Shown: positions 18,795 to 28,012 of the stretch, piece after piece
Numbering within the stretch: the first letter of the stretch is position 1
Layout: each line of letters begins with the position of its first letter
Source of the DNA: a bacterium
Lineage (GTDB): Bacteria > SAR324 > NAC60-12
DNA: 64,000 nucleotides
Reading direction: 5' to 3'
NCBI GenBank assembly: GCA_965209155.1
Contig: OZ242383.1
Coordinates: forward strand, 1 to 64,000
Translations under genes and position numbers: made by a program
The notes under the pieces: model-generated
Database searches by the model: none
What the model saw: the letters and a program-made list of their open reading frames with translations, nothing else
Told to the model about the DNA's origin: nothing

Positions 18795-20597
18795 CTAATA
18801 ACCCATTGCTTCCTTCAGCTCACTATCAATCCAGAGGCGGGCGAAGAGGGCAGCACTACGATCCTGCCGTCCCATTTCGCCTTCACCGTTATAACCTATG
18901 ACCCACGGCTGGGTCGCGTTAAATACTGGATTCTTAGGACCCCATATATACCAGTGCTTCTCTATAATGTACATATCTGCCTCTTTAACCAGCCTCATCT
19001 GCTCCTCAATGGTGGTAGCGGCTGCGGCGGCGGCATACATGGCGTCATAAACCGGGTCCTGGACTCCGGTGGGGGACCATCCTTCGGATTGATACCATAC
19101 CGGTGGCACGAGAGGGGGATAGTCTAAGCCCGCAACCTGTCCTGAGAATAACCCTTCAAGAGTGTGTTCCCGAAGCATACCGCTCCAAGTAGCTCGGTCA
19201 GCTAGCCAAATCTCTACATCAATGCCAATCTCACGCCAGTAGGTTGCAGCTAATTCCGTATAGCCTAGATCGGCAAATTCGCCATGCATCAAGGGGACCT
19301 TGAATCTAATGCCGTCGGCGCCGCGCGGGTACCCAGCCTCATCAAGGAGCTTCTCCGCCCCTTCCGGGTCATAGATCCAGTATTGCTTGACCTCCTCGGG
19401 CCACCCTTCAAATGGGTTGTTATACCCGATGACATCCTTCCCTAGCAGCCCCTGAGGTATCCACTGGGCATAACCCTTAAAGTAGGTATTGTTAACTGTC
19501 TCAAGGTCCAATGCCATTTGCAGTGCGTGGCGCACCCTGATGTCGTTAGCAGGGGGCGACGGCACGCGCTGGTTAAAACCAAAAGCAAGATCCGAGCGAT
19601 AATCCCACGAGGTCAGCTCGATTTCGGGGTTGATTCGCCGCAGGCTCTCTACCTGGTCTATAGATGTTAAGTAACCGGAGATGAAACCCAGGTGATCAAC
19701 CTTACCCGAGCGCAGTGCCGCCAGACGTGTTGCTTCTTCTGGCATAAGCAGCATCCTTAACTCGTCGCAATAGGGCAATCGGTTCCCCGGGTATTTTTCG
19801 TCGTCGCGCCAGTAGTCAGGATTCTTGGTATAGCTGTAAGAGCTGCCCTCCACAAGGTCAGTCAGCATCCAGGGCCCGGTGCCGACCACGTTCCTCCAGT
19901 CGTTAACGTCGCCGTGTTCCTCGATTACCTCGCGGGGGTTGATATAAGCACCCCAGTGGGTGAGGGTATCCTTCAGCGCAGGGAGGTATACCTCCTTCAG
20001 CTTAAAAACAACCGTCCATTTGTCGGTGGCCGTTATCGATTCGTATGGTATAGAGACGAATTCACCAGAAGTAAGAAGATGGGGGCTAGGTTCGGTGAAG
20101 CCGCTGCCCAGACCAAAATAACGGTGAAAGTTATATTCGACATCATAGGCAGTCAGCTCCCGACCGTTCATAGGTGGCTTATCGTGCCAGTGAACGCCCT
20201 GGCGGATGTGGAAGATAAAGGTTTTGTCGTCGGGCGTTTCCCAGCTTTCAGCCAGCAGCCCTGTTATGGCAGATACAGGCATGAACAGTGGGTGAAAGTT
20301 AAATTCGTCCCTATCTATTCCCCAGTTCCCGATGCCTAGCTTCTCTATAACGCCACTGACGAGATACCCCGCACCACCGCCAAACCAGGAGTCAGTACGG
20401 CCAGGCCAGCCCGTATATCCATAGACACCCGTGAATGTCCCGCCGTACTCCGGTGCTGTCACCATTTTACCAGTGGTCGGATCTTTGACCATCTTTTTCT
20501 CAGCCGCCACGGCTGAACTGACCCCGAGGGCGGCCACCATCATGGTGAGGGACAGCAGGATTGCACTTAAGGTTGATTTGCTTTTTTGATTATCCAT
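18795..20597 (-). CDS. ABC transporter substrate-binding protein, family 5
   Basis: LAESWETPD, GTGPW, DIRVRHAL; signal peptide after MDNQKSK (ORF open to 20729). Confidence 0.9.
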   Translation of the reverse strand: MDNQKSKSTLSAILLSLTMMVAALGVSSAVAAEKKMVKDPTTGKMVTAPEYGGTFTGVYGYTGWPGRTDSWFGGGAGYLVSGVIEKLGIGNWGIDRDEFNFHPLFMPVSAITGLLAESWETPDDKTFIFHIRQGVHWHDKPPMNGRELTAYDVEYNFHRYFGLGSGFTEPSPHLLTSGEFVSIPYESITATDKWTVVFKLKEVYLPALKDTLTHWGAYINPREVIEEHGDVNDWRNVVGTGPWMLTDLVEGSSYSYTKNPDYWRDDEKYPGNRLPYCDELRMLLMPEEATRLAALRSGKVDHLGFISGYLTSIDQVESLRRINPEIELTSWDYRSDLAFGFNQRVPSPPANDIRVRHALQMALDLETVNNTYFKGYAQWIPQGLLGKDVIGYNNPFEGWPEEVKQYWIYDPEGAEKLLDEAGYPRGADGIRFKVPLMHGEFADLGYTELAATYWREIGIDVEIWLADRATWSGMLREHTLEGLFSGQVAGLDYPPLVPPVWYQSEGWSPTGVQDPVYDAMYAAAAAATTIEEQMRLVKEADMYIIEKHWYIWGPKNPVFNATQPWVIGYNGEGEMGRQDRSAALFARLWIDSELKEAMGY

Positions 20598-21169
20598 CTT
20601 TTTCCTTTTGATTTGATGTTTAAAACTAAGGATTGATTTAAAACCTGCTTTCGTTCCCGAAAGCACGTTCTCGACGATTTCTCTACACATGGGGTCTCCT
20701 TCATTTTGGAGTGATAAAAAACGATTCACTGGCGCCAGGATTGGGCCATGAACCCTGAGCTTTCATTCTCTCGAGGCATTTCCATTGGCTGAAATGAACT
20801 GAGGTGCGACTCAAGGATCTCTTCCTGAAGTCGAGATGAGATAAGGGGGGACAACCCAATGAACCTGTATACTTGGAACTGGGAACTTAAAACTGGAATC
20901 TTGGTGCTTGGAACAAGGAGCTTGTGACGGGGAAGCAGTACACCGCGGCGAAAGTCCGTACATACCCTCTATGTCATTCCCGCGCAGTGAGGCGGTTTGG
21001 CCGCAGTGTGGCCAATAAAAACTGCCGAACGCGGGATCCAGGGTATCGAAACGGACCCTGGATTCCGGCTCTTCGCCCGGAATAAAAACGGCGCGAATGG
21101 TCAGAATGCGAAAAACGTGTACGCGCTTTTGCCCTACAGTACCAGGAACTGAGAGCTTATAACTTATTA

Positions 21170-21285
21170 CTGGGAGCTGGGAGCTGGGAGCTGGGAGCTG
21201 GGAGCTGGGAGCTGGGAGCTGGGAGCTGGGAGCTGGGAGCTGGGAGCTGGGAGCTGGGAGCTGGGAGCTGGGAGCTGGGAGCTGG
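21170..21285. repeat. Perfect heptamer tandem repeat (CTGGGAG)x16
   Basis: Read directly; intergenic, upstream of the SBP operon. Confidence 0.95.
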
Positions 21286-21737
21286 CTTTTGAGTTTACTT
21301 TCATAACCACCTCATTATCAAAATGTTTTTTATACTTGAAACGGGTTGATTTCAGATTTTCATGTCATCCTGGCGAAGGATCTCCGTATTACCCTTCCGT
21401 CCTTGGAAGAAAATATTGTATAATCGCTCTGCAAATGATGGTCAAGCTTTTTTTGAATAGGGCGACTCATTCATTCTTGAGTGTCTTCTGGTGACCAACG
21501 AGAATACTTTTTCATATTGAGATCCAGAAGTCAACCTTTTTAGCACTTTTCCATTCCCCGTTGACCGTTTCTAAAAATCCTCTGGTGAAGATTTGAGGTT
21601 TTAGATGACTTTCGGCTCAATAAACAGGAGCGAAATTGAAATAAAACCTTCAGTCAAAGGCGATTTCATTGAAATCTATCACAAAAGAATGAGGACATTG
21701 GGCGTATTCGCGCTATCCCGATGTCCTGTTCTTTTGT

Positions 21738-23423
21738 TTATGTGGTTATAAGCCCGTTTTGGGGCATAGTCCAGGGGAGATTATAGAGGGGGGCGACTTG
21801 GGGAGCCGGAGGAATTGGCAAATTGCCTGTGGGGGCATCTATGATTACCGGCGCTTCATATTCGAGGGCGCGGGGTATCAAAGTTTCCAATGCCAACGGG
21901 TCGGCCGCGCGCATTGCGGTCACGCCGAAAGATTCCGCAAATTTGACGAAGTCCGGGTTGCGCAAGTCGGTCTCGTAGGTTCCCCCGAATGCCTCGTCCA
22001 TGTCGCGGGCCACATTGCCATAAGAATCGTTTCTGAATACGACTGTCACCACGTTGATGCCATACTTGACGGCGGTGGAAAGCTCGGATGAATTGAACAT
22101 GAACCCACCATCACCCGTCAAGCACACTACCGGACTATCGGGCTTAGCCACTTTCACGCCCAAGGCGGTGGGAAATGCGTAGCCCACATTGAAAGAATAA
22201 CCGGGATCTATGTAGGTCTTGGGACGGGTCACGCGCCAGTGAGTGCGTGCGTAAAATCCGAGTTGCGAAACATCCCAGACTACAAATGCATCTTGCGGTA
22301 TTGCGTTGCGGATGGCATCCATAATGGCGTACTGGGGCTCTTTCAGTTTGATGTCGTAGTAGGCTATCAGCTTGCGCGCAGCAGCGACGGCCTCTGCTGG
22401 CGAAGGTCGCTTTCCGGCATTCGCTTCCAGCAAGAAAGGAAGCAGGGCCTCGATGGTTGCCCCTGCGTCTCCGTGCAAGGGGATCGTATTCGCCTGAACC
22501 CGTGTGAGTTCGTTGTCGTCTATATTGATGTTCACCAGCGTGGACGATTCGCCTGCCGGATTGCCGAGCGAAAAGCGAGCGCCGATTCCTATGACGACAT
22601 CCGCAGACTGCATGACTTCATAGAGTTGGTTCATCTCCATCCGCTCACCCCGTGGGCTGAAGCAGGAGCCATAAGACAAGGGATGGTCGTCGGAAATAGT
22701 TCCCTTGCCACCGCTCGATGTGATGACGGGTATGTTCATCGTCTCCGCGAACCCGACAAGCGTTTCTTCCGCGTCGGATCGCGCGACGCCGCCTCCTGCG
22801 TATATCAGGGGTAGCTTGGACCCGACTATGACATCAGCCGCTTCTCGAAGGGATTCCCCGCCTGGCAAAATTCGGGGGATACGAGCGGGATTTCGCAAGA
22901 GGACTTCCTCCCGTTCGACTCCGGTGTCGGGCGGAATCTCCAGCAGAACCGGGCGAGATCGGCCGGTACGCATCTGCCTGAAGGCCTCGAACACCGCGTC
23001 GGGGATTTCCCGGGGTCTGAGCACCATGCGATGCCATTTGATAACGGAGCGCAGGGCATTGGGCTGGTCCGATATTTCGTGAACGACGCCAAGGTTCTTT
23101 CCGATTGAACTGCGCGGGATTTGGCCCGCTATGAGCAGTACGGGCGACGAACGCGCGTATGCGTTTGCCAGGCCCGAGGCAGCGTTGTAAAGTCCTACGC
23201 CTGGAACAACCAAAGCCACGCCTGGCCTTCCGGATGCGCGGGCGTAGCCATCCGCCATGTAAGTCGTTGCCTGCTCATGCCGGGTCGTTATCATTCGGAT
23301 GCCAGGCTCATCCCTCAAGCCCGTGACGATTCCGTATATCTGTATGCCCGGGATCCCGAAGACGACTTCCACGCCTTCGTTCGCGAGAGACTTCGCCAGG
23401 GCTTCACCACCACTTATTTTCAT
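21738..23423 (-). CDS. Thiamine-pyrophosphate-binding protein (acetolactate synthase-like)
   Basis: VFGIPG, RHEQ, MADGYAR, GDGGF...N TPP motif. Confidence 0.9.
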   Translation of the reverse strand: MKISGGEALAKSLANEGVEVVFGIPGIQIYGIVTGLRDEPGIRMITTRHEQATTYMADGYARASGRPGVALVVPGVGLYNAASGLANAYARSSPVLLIAGQIPRSSIGKNLGVVHEISDQPNALRSVIKWHRMVLRPREIPDAVFEAFRQMRTGRSRPVLLEIPPDTGVEREEVLLRNPARIPRILPGGESLREAADVIVGSKLPLIYAGGGVARSDAEETLVGFAETMNIPVITSSGGKGTISDDHPLSYGSCFSPRGERMEMNQLYEVMQSADVVIGIGARFSLGNPAGESSTLVNINIDDNELTRVQANTIPLHGDAGATIEALLPFLLEANAGKRPSPAEAVAAARKLIAYYDIKLKEPQYAIMDAIRNAIPQDAFVVWDVSQLGFYARTHWRVTRPKTYIDPGYSFNVGYAFPTALGVKVAKPDSPVVCLTGDGGFMFNSSELSTAVKYGINVVTVVFRNDSYGNVARDMDEAFGGTYETDLRNPDFVKFAESFGVTAMRAADPLALETLIPRALEYEAPVIIDAPTGNLPIPPAPQVAPLYNLPWTMPQNGLITT

Positions 23424-23649
23424 TCCAGTTCGCTTTCCTTGGATTCTTCCTTCTTCAAAGGGGTAACCCCTTCAATTTCCGGGCCACTTCTCAGGCATGT
23501 CAGGAATCTTTTCTGGCTACGGCCTTGCCGGGCGCTACCTTTTCTTCTTTTCTTTTGTTTTTATTTTTTCCTCGTCTGATATTCTATGATAGTTGATTTT
23601 ACGCAATCTCCGTCATACTTTGCGCTAAAGTCAAATTTATCGCAAGAAT

Positions 23650-24214
23650 TATCACCACCGGCAGAGCCGGTGGCTTGAAGAGGCCCCCAGTATGAGGGCA
23701 AAACGTGTTCGTCATCGTAAGACGTGCTCGTGCTCGTGAACGAAAAAGGCTGCCATGTTAGATCATGAAAAACTCGATGTATACCAATGTTCCATCGAAT
23801 TTTTAGCGTTATCTGTCCAAGTCATCGAAACATTGCCAAAAGGATACTCAGCCTTAGTTGAGCAACTGAAAAGGGCCTCATGGTCGATTCCTCTCAATAT
23901 CGCAGAAGGCTGTGGAAAAAATTCCTTTGCTGACAAGCAACGATTCTATGCGTTTGCCCGAGGTTCCGCAATGGAATGCGCTGCTATTCTCGATGTTTTA
24001 AACATGTTGAAGATCATCCAGCCTCCTTTATTTGACGAAGAAAAACAGTTACTTCATCGCATTGTTTCTATGTTAACCAAAATGTGCCGTCGAATTCACT
24101 GACCGTTCACGAGCACGAGCACGGCTAACGGACACGGATACGTTTTTCATGTCTGACCGGCAAAGCCTATTAGGTTCGCACCAGCAGAGCTGGTGGTTTA
24201 ATGAGATTAATTAA
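23650..24214 (+). mobile_element. Four-helix-bundle element, copy 6 (first of tandem pair)
   Basis: Lacks the terminal AGTC; joined to copy 7. Confidence 0.85.
23755..24102 (+). CDS. Four helix bundle protein
   Basis: Intact 115-aa copy. Confidence 0.9.
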   Translation: MLDHEKLDVYQCSIEFLALSVQVIETLPKGYSALVEQLKRASWSIPLNIAEGCGKNSFADKQRFYAFARGSAMECAAILDVLNMLKIIQPPLFDEEKQLLHRIVSMLTKMCRRIH

Positions 24215-24781
24215 AGTCATCACCACCGGCAGAGCCGGTGGCTTGAAGAGGCCCCCAGGATGGGGGCAAAACGTGTTCGTCATCGTAAGACGTGCTCGTG
24301 CTCGTGAACGAAAAAGGCTGCCATGTTAGATCATGAAAAACTCGATGTATACCAATGTTCCATCGAATTTTTAGCGTTATCTGTCCAAGTCATCGAAACA
24401 TTGCCAAAAGGATACTCAGCCTTAGTTGACCAACTGAAAAGGGTCTCATGGTCGATTCCTCTCAATATCGCAGAAGGCTGTGGAAAAAATTCCCTTCCTG
24501 ACAAGCAACGATTCTATGCGTTTGCCCGAGGTTCCGCGATGGAATGCACTGCTATTCTCGATGTTTTAAACGTGTTGAAGATCATCCAGCCTTCTTTATT
24601 TGACGAAGGAAAACAGTTACTTCATCGCATTGTTTCTATGTTAACCAAAATGTGCCGTCGAATTCACTGACCGTTCACGAGCACGAGCACGGCTAACGGA
24701 CACGGATACGTTTCTCATGTCTGACCGGCAAAGCCTATTAGGTTCGCACCAGCAGAGCTGGTGGTTTAATGAGATTAATTA
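24215..24781 (+). mobile_element. Four-helix-bundle element, copy 7
   Basis: Head-to-tail with copy 6. Confidence 0.85.
24323..24670 (+). CDS. Four helix bundle protein
   Basis: Intact 115-aa copy. Confidence 0.9.
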   Translation: MLDHEKLDVYQCSIEFLALSVQVIETLPKGYSALVDQLKRVSWSIPLNIAEGCGKNSLPDKQRFYAFARGSAMECTAILDVLNVLKIIQPSLFDEGKQLLHRIVSMLTKMCRRIH

Positions 24782-24967
24782 TCACCAAAACAACACGGAG
24801 GTCATATGAAGAATATAACAAAACCGAATCAAGAATCAACGCCAAAGAACGAATGACAAGGCTGCGTATTGATTGAATAACTCCAACATGAAAAATTTAC
24901 ACGCAAATGTAAAAAAATGCTTGACTTTTTTGATGCCGTATGGCAATATAATTGCATATCTTTTTAT

Positions 24968-25095
24968 TATGCGCATCAGGAGTTGAAATTTATAAAATCA
25001 ATAATATAATAATTATGATGTGTCATGCTGATTCCGGATCATCCTGGATTTCTGGTCGAGCCAGGAATGACACGTTTTTTCACTCCGGATTCACG
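24968..25095. repeat. MITE-like repeat enclosing a REP-like palindrome
   Basis: Same 5' block as 1133; ends CACTCCGGATTCACG, an imperfect inverted repeat of GCGCATCAGGAGT. Confidence 0.55.
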
Positions 25096-25124
25096 TTTTT
25101 TTTCTGATTTTTTCTAAAAAAAGG

Positions 25125-25154
25125 TTGACCGGTACCATCGAATCATGCAATAAT
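25125..25154 (+). promoter_or_regulatory. Candidate sigma70 promoter of the structured repeat array
   Basis: TTGACC, 18 nt, AATAAT with extended -10 TG. Confidence 0.5.
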
Positions 25155-25184
25155 GGAAAAAACGCATGAATGCGAAAGCAAACC

Positions 25185-26080
25185 AGGCCAGCGGGCGGTG
25201 CCATCAAAACACCCGCAATTCATCATAATAACCTTTCAGGATGGGGGGCTGTACCAACGGTCCTCCATCTGATCTTGCGGATTTTTCGAGATCATTATAA
25301 AATCCGTTATTTTACGGAACGAAGGGAAAGGGTGGTTTTCAAACAGGAGCCGTCCTTAAAATTCGTTGAAGACTTTTTTTTGAAGGCATTCGAGGCCAGC
25401 GGGCGGTGCCGATATAACACCCGCCGTTTCATACATTAAGGACCTTTCGGGTGGGGGGCTGTACCAACGGTCCCCCATCAAATTCCTTTCTGAATTGGTG
25501 CCTTATTGCGCAGCGCGCATTTCTCCAAATAATAAAGGAAGGAGGAAGTGGTCATGGAAATGAATTTTCCACTTCCCTTTTGAAGGTATTCGAGGTCAGC
25601 GGGCGGTGCCATCAAAACACCCGCATTTTCATGATGAAAACCTTTCGGGATGGAGGACTGTACCAACGGTCCTCCATCTGCGTTCTTGCGGATTTTTCAA
25701 GTTTAATGAAAAATGCGTCTCCATTCCGTACAAGGGGAAAAGGCGTTTTTCAAACAGGAGCCGTCATTGAATTTCGTTCAGGACTTCCCTTTTGAAGGCA
25801 TTCCAGGCCAGCGGGCGGTGCCGATATAACACCCGCCGATACATAAGAACCTTTCGGGATGGAGGACTGTACCAACGGTCCTCCATCTATTTCCTTTCTG
25901 AATTGGCGCGTTCGTTGCGCAACGCGCAATGATTCCAAACAATAAGGAAGAGAAAAGCGGGAAATGGGTTTCCCACTTCCATTTGAAGGCATTCGAGGCC
26001 AGCGGGCGGTGCCATCAAAACACCCGCCATAAAGCATATTGTTCTCTGGAAGGAGGACCGTACCAACAGTCCTCCTTCAA
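25185..26080 (+). ncRNA. Putative non-coding array of five ~200-nt structured units
   Basis: GCGGGCGGTGCC-N6-ACACCCGC at 25191, 25399, 25599, 25811 and 26002, each followed by a 10-bp stem around GTACCAAC; no credible ORF. Confidence 0.65.
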
Positions 26081-26094
26081 TTTCCTATCTTTTT

Positions 26095-26134
26095 AAGGGG
26101 TCAATATTTATTCATTTTGACCCCTTTTTTTATT
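26095..26134 (+). terminator. Intrinsic terminator-like hairpin
   Basis: AAGGGGTCAA...TTGACCCCTT followed by a T run. Confidence 0.6.
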
Positions 26135-26328
26135 GGAAAAACACGGGTCGATTTCTTTTATCCTACCAGTCCCCGCCCCGGAATCCAGGGTATCGAGTAT
26201 TGTGTCATTCCTGGCTGTGCCTGGGAATCCAGGGAATCGAGTCAGTCCACCGGATATATGGGGTAAAGCAAGACAGTATCCGATCGAGTTTCATGGTGAT
26301 CAGACTGAAATATATCCAGGTCAGCAGA

Positions 26329-26776
26329 AGTCATCAACACCAGCAGAGCCGGTGGCTTGAAGAGGCCCCCAGGATGAGGGCAAAACGTGTTCGTCATCGT
26401 AAGACGTGCTCGTGCTCGTGAACGAAAAAGGCTGCCATGTTAGATCATGAAAAACTCGATGTATACCAATGTTCCATCGAATATTTAGCGTTATCTGTCC
26501 AAGTCATCGAAACATTGCCAAGAGGTTCCGCAATGGAATGCGCTGCAATTCTCGATGTTTTAAACGTGTTGAAGATCATCCAGCCTCCTTTATTTGACGA
26601 AGGAAAACAGTTACTTCATCGCATTGTTTCTATGTTAACCAAAATGTGCCGTCGAATTCACTGACCGTTCACGAGCACGAGCACGGCTAACGGACACGGA
26701 TACGTTTCTCATGTCTGACCGGCAAAGCCTATTAGGTTCGCACCAGCAGAGCTGGTAGTTTAATGAGATTAATTAA
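26329..26776 (+). mobile_element. Four-helix-bundle element, copy 8 (internal deletion; first of tandem pair)
   Basis: Ends intact, 120 nt missing from the ORF. Confidence 0.85.
26437..26664 (+). pseudogene. Four helix bundle protein with in-frame 40-aa deletion
   Basis: ETLP fused to RGSAMEC; deletion at TTGCC microhomology. Confidence 0.85.
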
Positions 26777-27343
26777 AGTCATCACCACCGGCAGAGCCGG
26801 TGGCTTGAATAGGCCCCCAGGATGGGAGCAAAACGTGTTCGTCATCGTAAGACGTGCTCGTGCTCGTGAACGAAAAAGGCTGCCATGTTAGATCATGAAA
26901 AACTCGATGTATACCAATGTTCCATCGAATTTTTAGCGTTATCTGTCCAAGTCATCGAAACATTGCCAAAAGGATACTCAGCCTTAGTTGACCAACTGAA
27001 AAGGGCCTCATGGTCGATTCCTCTCAATATCGCAGAAGGCTGTGGAAAAAATTCCCTTCCTGACAAGCAACGATTCTATGCGTTTGCCCGAGGTTCCGCA
27101 ATGGAATGCGCTGCAATTCTCGATGTTTTAAACGTGTTGAAGATCATCCAGCCTCCTTTATTTGACGAAGGAAAACAGTTACTTCATCGCATTGTTTCTA
27201 TGTTAACCAAAATGTGCCGTCGAATTCACTGACCGTTCACGAGCACGAGCACGGCTAACGGACACGGATACCTTTCTCATGTCTGACCGGCAAAGCCTAT
27301 TAGGTTCGCACCAGCAGAGCTGGTAGTTTAATGAGATTAATTA
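26777..27343 (+). mobile_element. Four-helix-bundle element, copy 9
   Basis: Head-to-tail with copy 8. Confidence 0.85.
26885..27232 (+). CDS. Four helix bundle protein
   Basis: Intact 115-aa copy. Confidence 0.9.
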   Translation: MLDHEKLDVYQCSIEFLALSVQVIETLPKGYSALVDQLKRASWSIPLNIAEGCGKNSLPDKQRFYAFARGSAMECAAILDVLNVLKIIQPPLFDEGKQLLHRIVSMLTKMCRRIH

Positions 27344-27431
27344 AACCTTCGGCATTTCAATCTTCCAAAAAATCGGTTTGATTGAAAAGGGTTGAGTATA
27401 AAAAGACCATTGAATCCTCAATCCCCGTTCT

Positions 27432-27740
27432 TCAGGCAGTTTCATAGATTTCCAAAACGGAACTTTCGACGAGGTCTGCAACGCGTCCACGGAATTCTTT
27501 CATGTGGTCGGTTTCCAGGTGCGCTTCCAAAGCGGCGAGGCTCTCCCACCGTTCAATGATCACGGTGACCTCGTCTCCAGCCAACTGCTGGGCGGCGATG
27601 TTCGTCCTGGCATCCCGGGTCGGCCCGTATTCAACGCATCCCGCTTCGTTCAACACCGGCGGGACCACCTTTTTGAACTCGGTTAAAAAATCAACGCGCC
27701 GGCCGGCCTTGGTTTTTATTTTCGCAATGACGTGGATCAT
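27432..27740 (-). CDS. Putative quinol monooxygenase (ABM family)
   Basis: MIHVIAKI...EAGCVEYGPT...IIERWESLAALEAHL. Confidence 0.85.
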   Translation of the reverse strand: MIHVIAKIKTKAGRRVDFLTEFKKVVPPVLNEAGCVEYGPTRDARTNIAAQQLAGDEVTVIIERWESLAALEAHLETDHMKEFRGRVADLVESSVLEIYETA

Positions 27741-28012
27741 GTTTCCCTTTCAATAAATTCGAGTTGGTTTGAGATCTTCGGGTTATTGAGTGACAAACCC
27801 GTCGTTTCTGCTGAATCGTTTCTTATCCTGGTTGCGTACATTTCATTTTTGCATATCATTGACAATATGAAAAGGGGGGCTGGATTCCTGGTCATTGCCC
27901 GTCATGACCTCCTGCTGGATTCCTGGTCTAAGCCCGGCATGTCCCCTTCCTGGATTCCTGGTCATTGCCCGGAATGACATAGTCTTTGTATGGAATGACA
28001 TGCCGGCTTTTT

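Noticed and set aside
24806..24856. 16-codon ORF with a GGAGG RBS upstream of the array
   Set aside because: Too short to support; probably the stub of a truncated gene, though a link to the array cannot be excluded.
25170..26266. Short ORFs across the structured array, or a CRISPR interpretation
   Set aside because: ORFs are in inconsistent frames and strands among units; the ~200-nt period and homologous inter-unit segments do not fit CRISPR.
1..27343. Diversity-generating retroelement (Avd-like genes)
   Set aside because: No reverse transcriptase or TR/VR pair in the window; differences between copies are not restricted to adenines.
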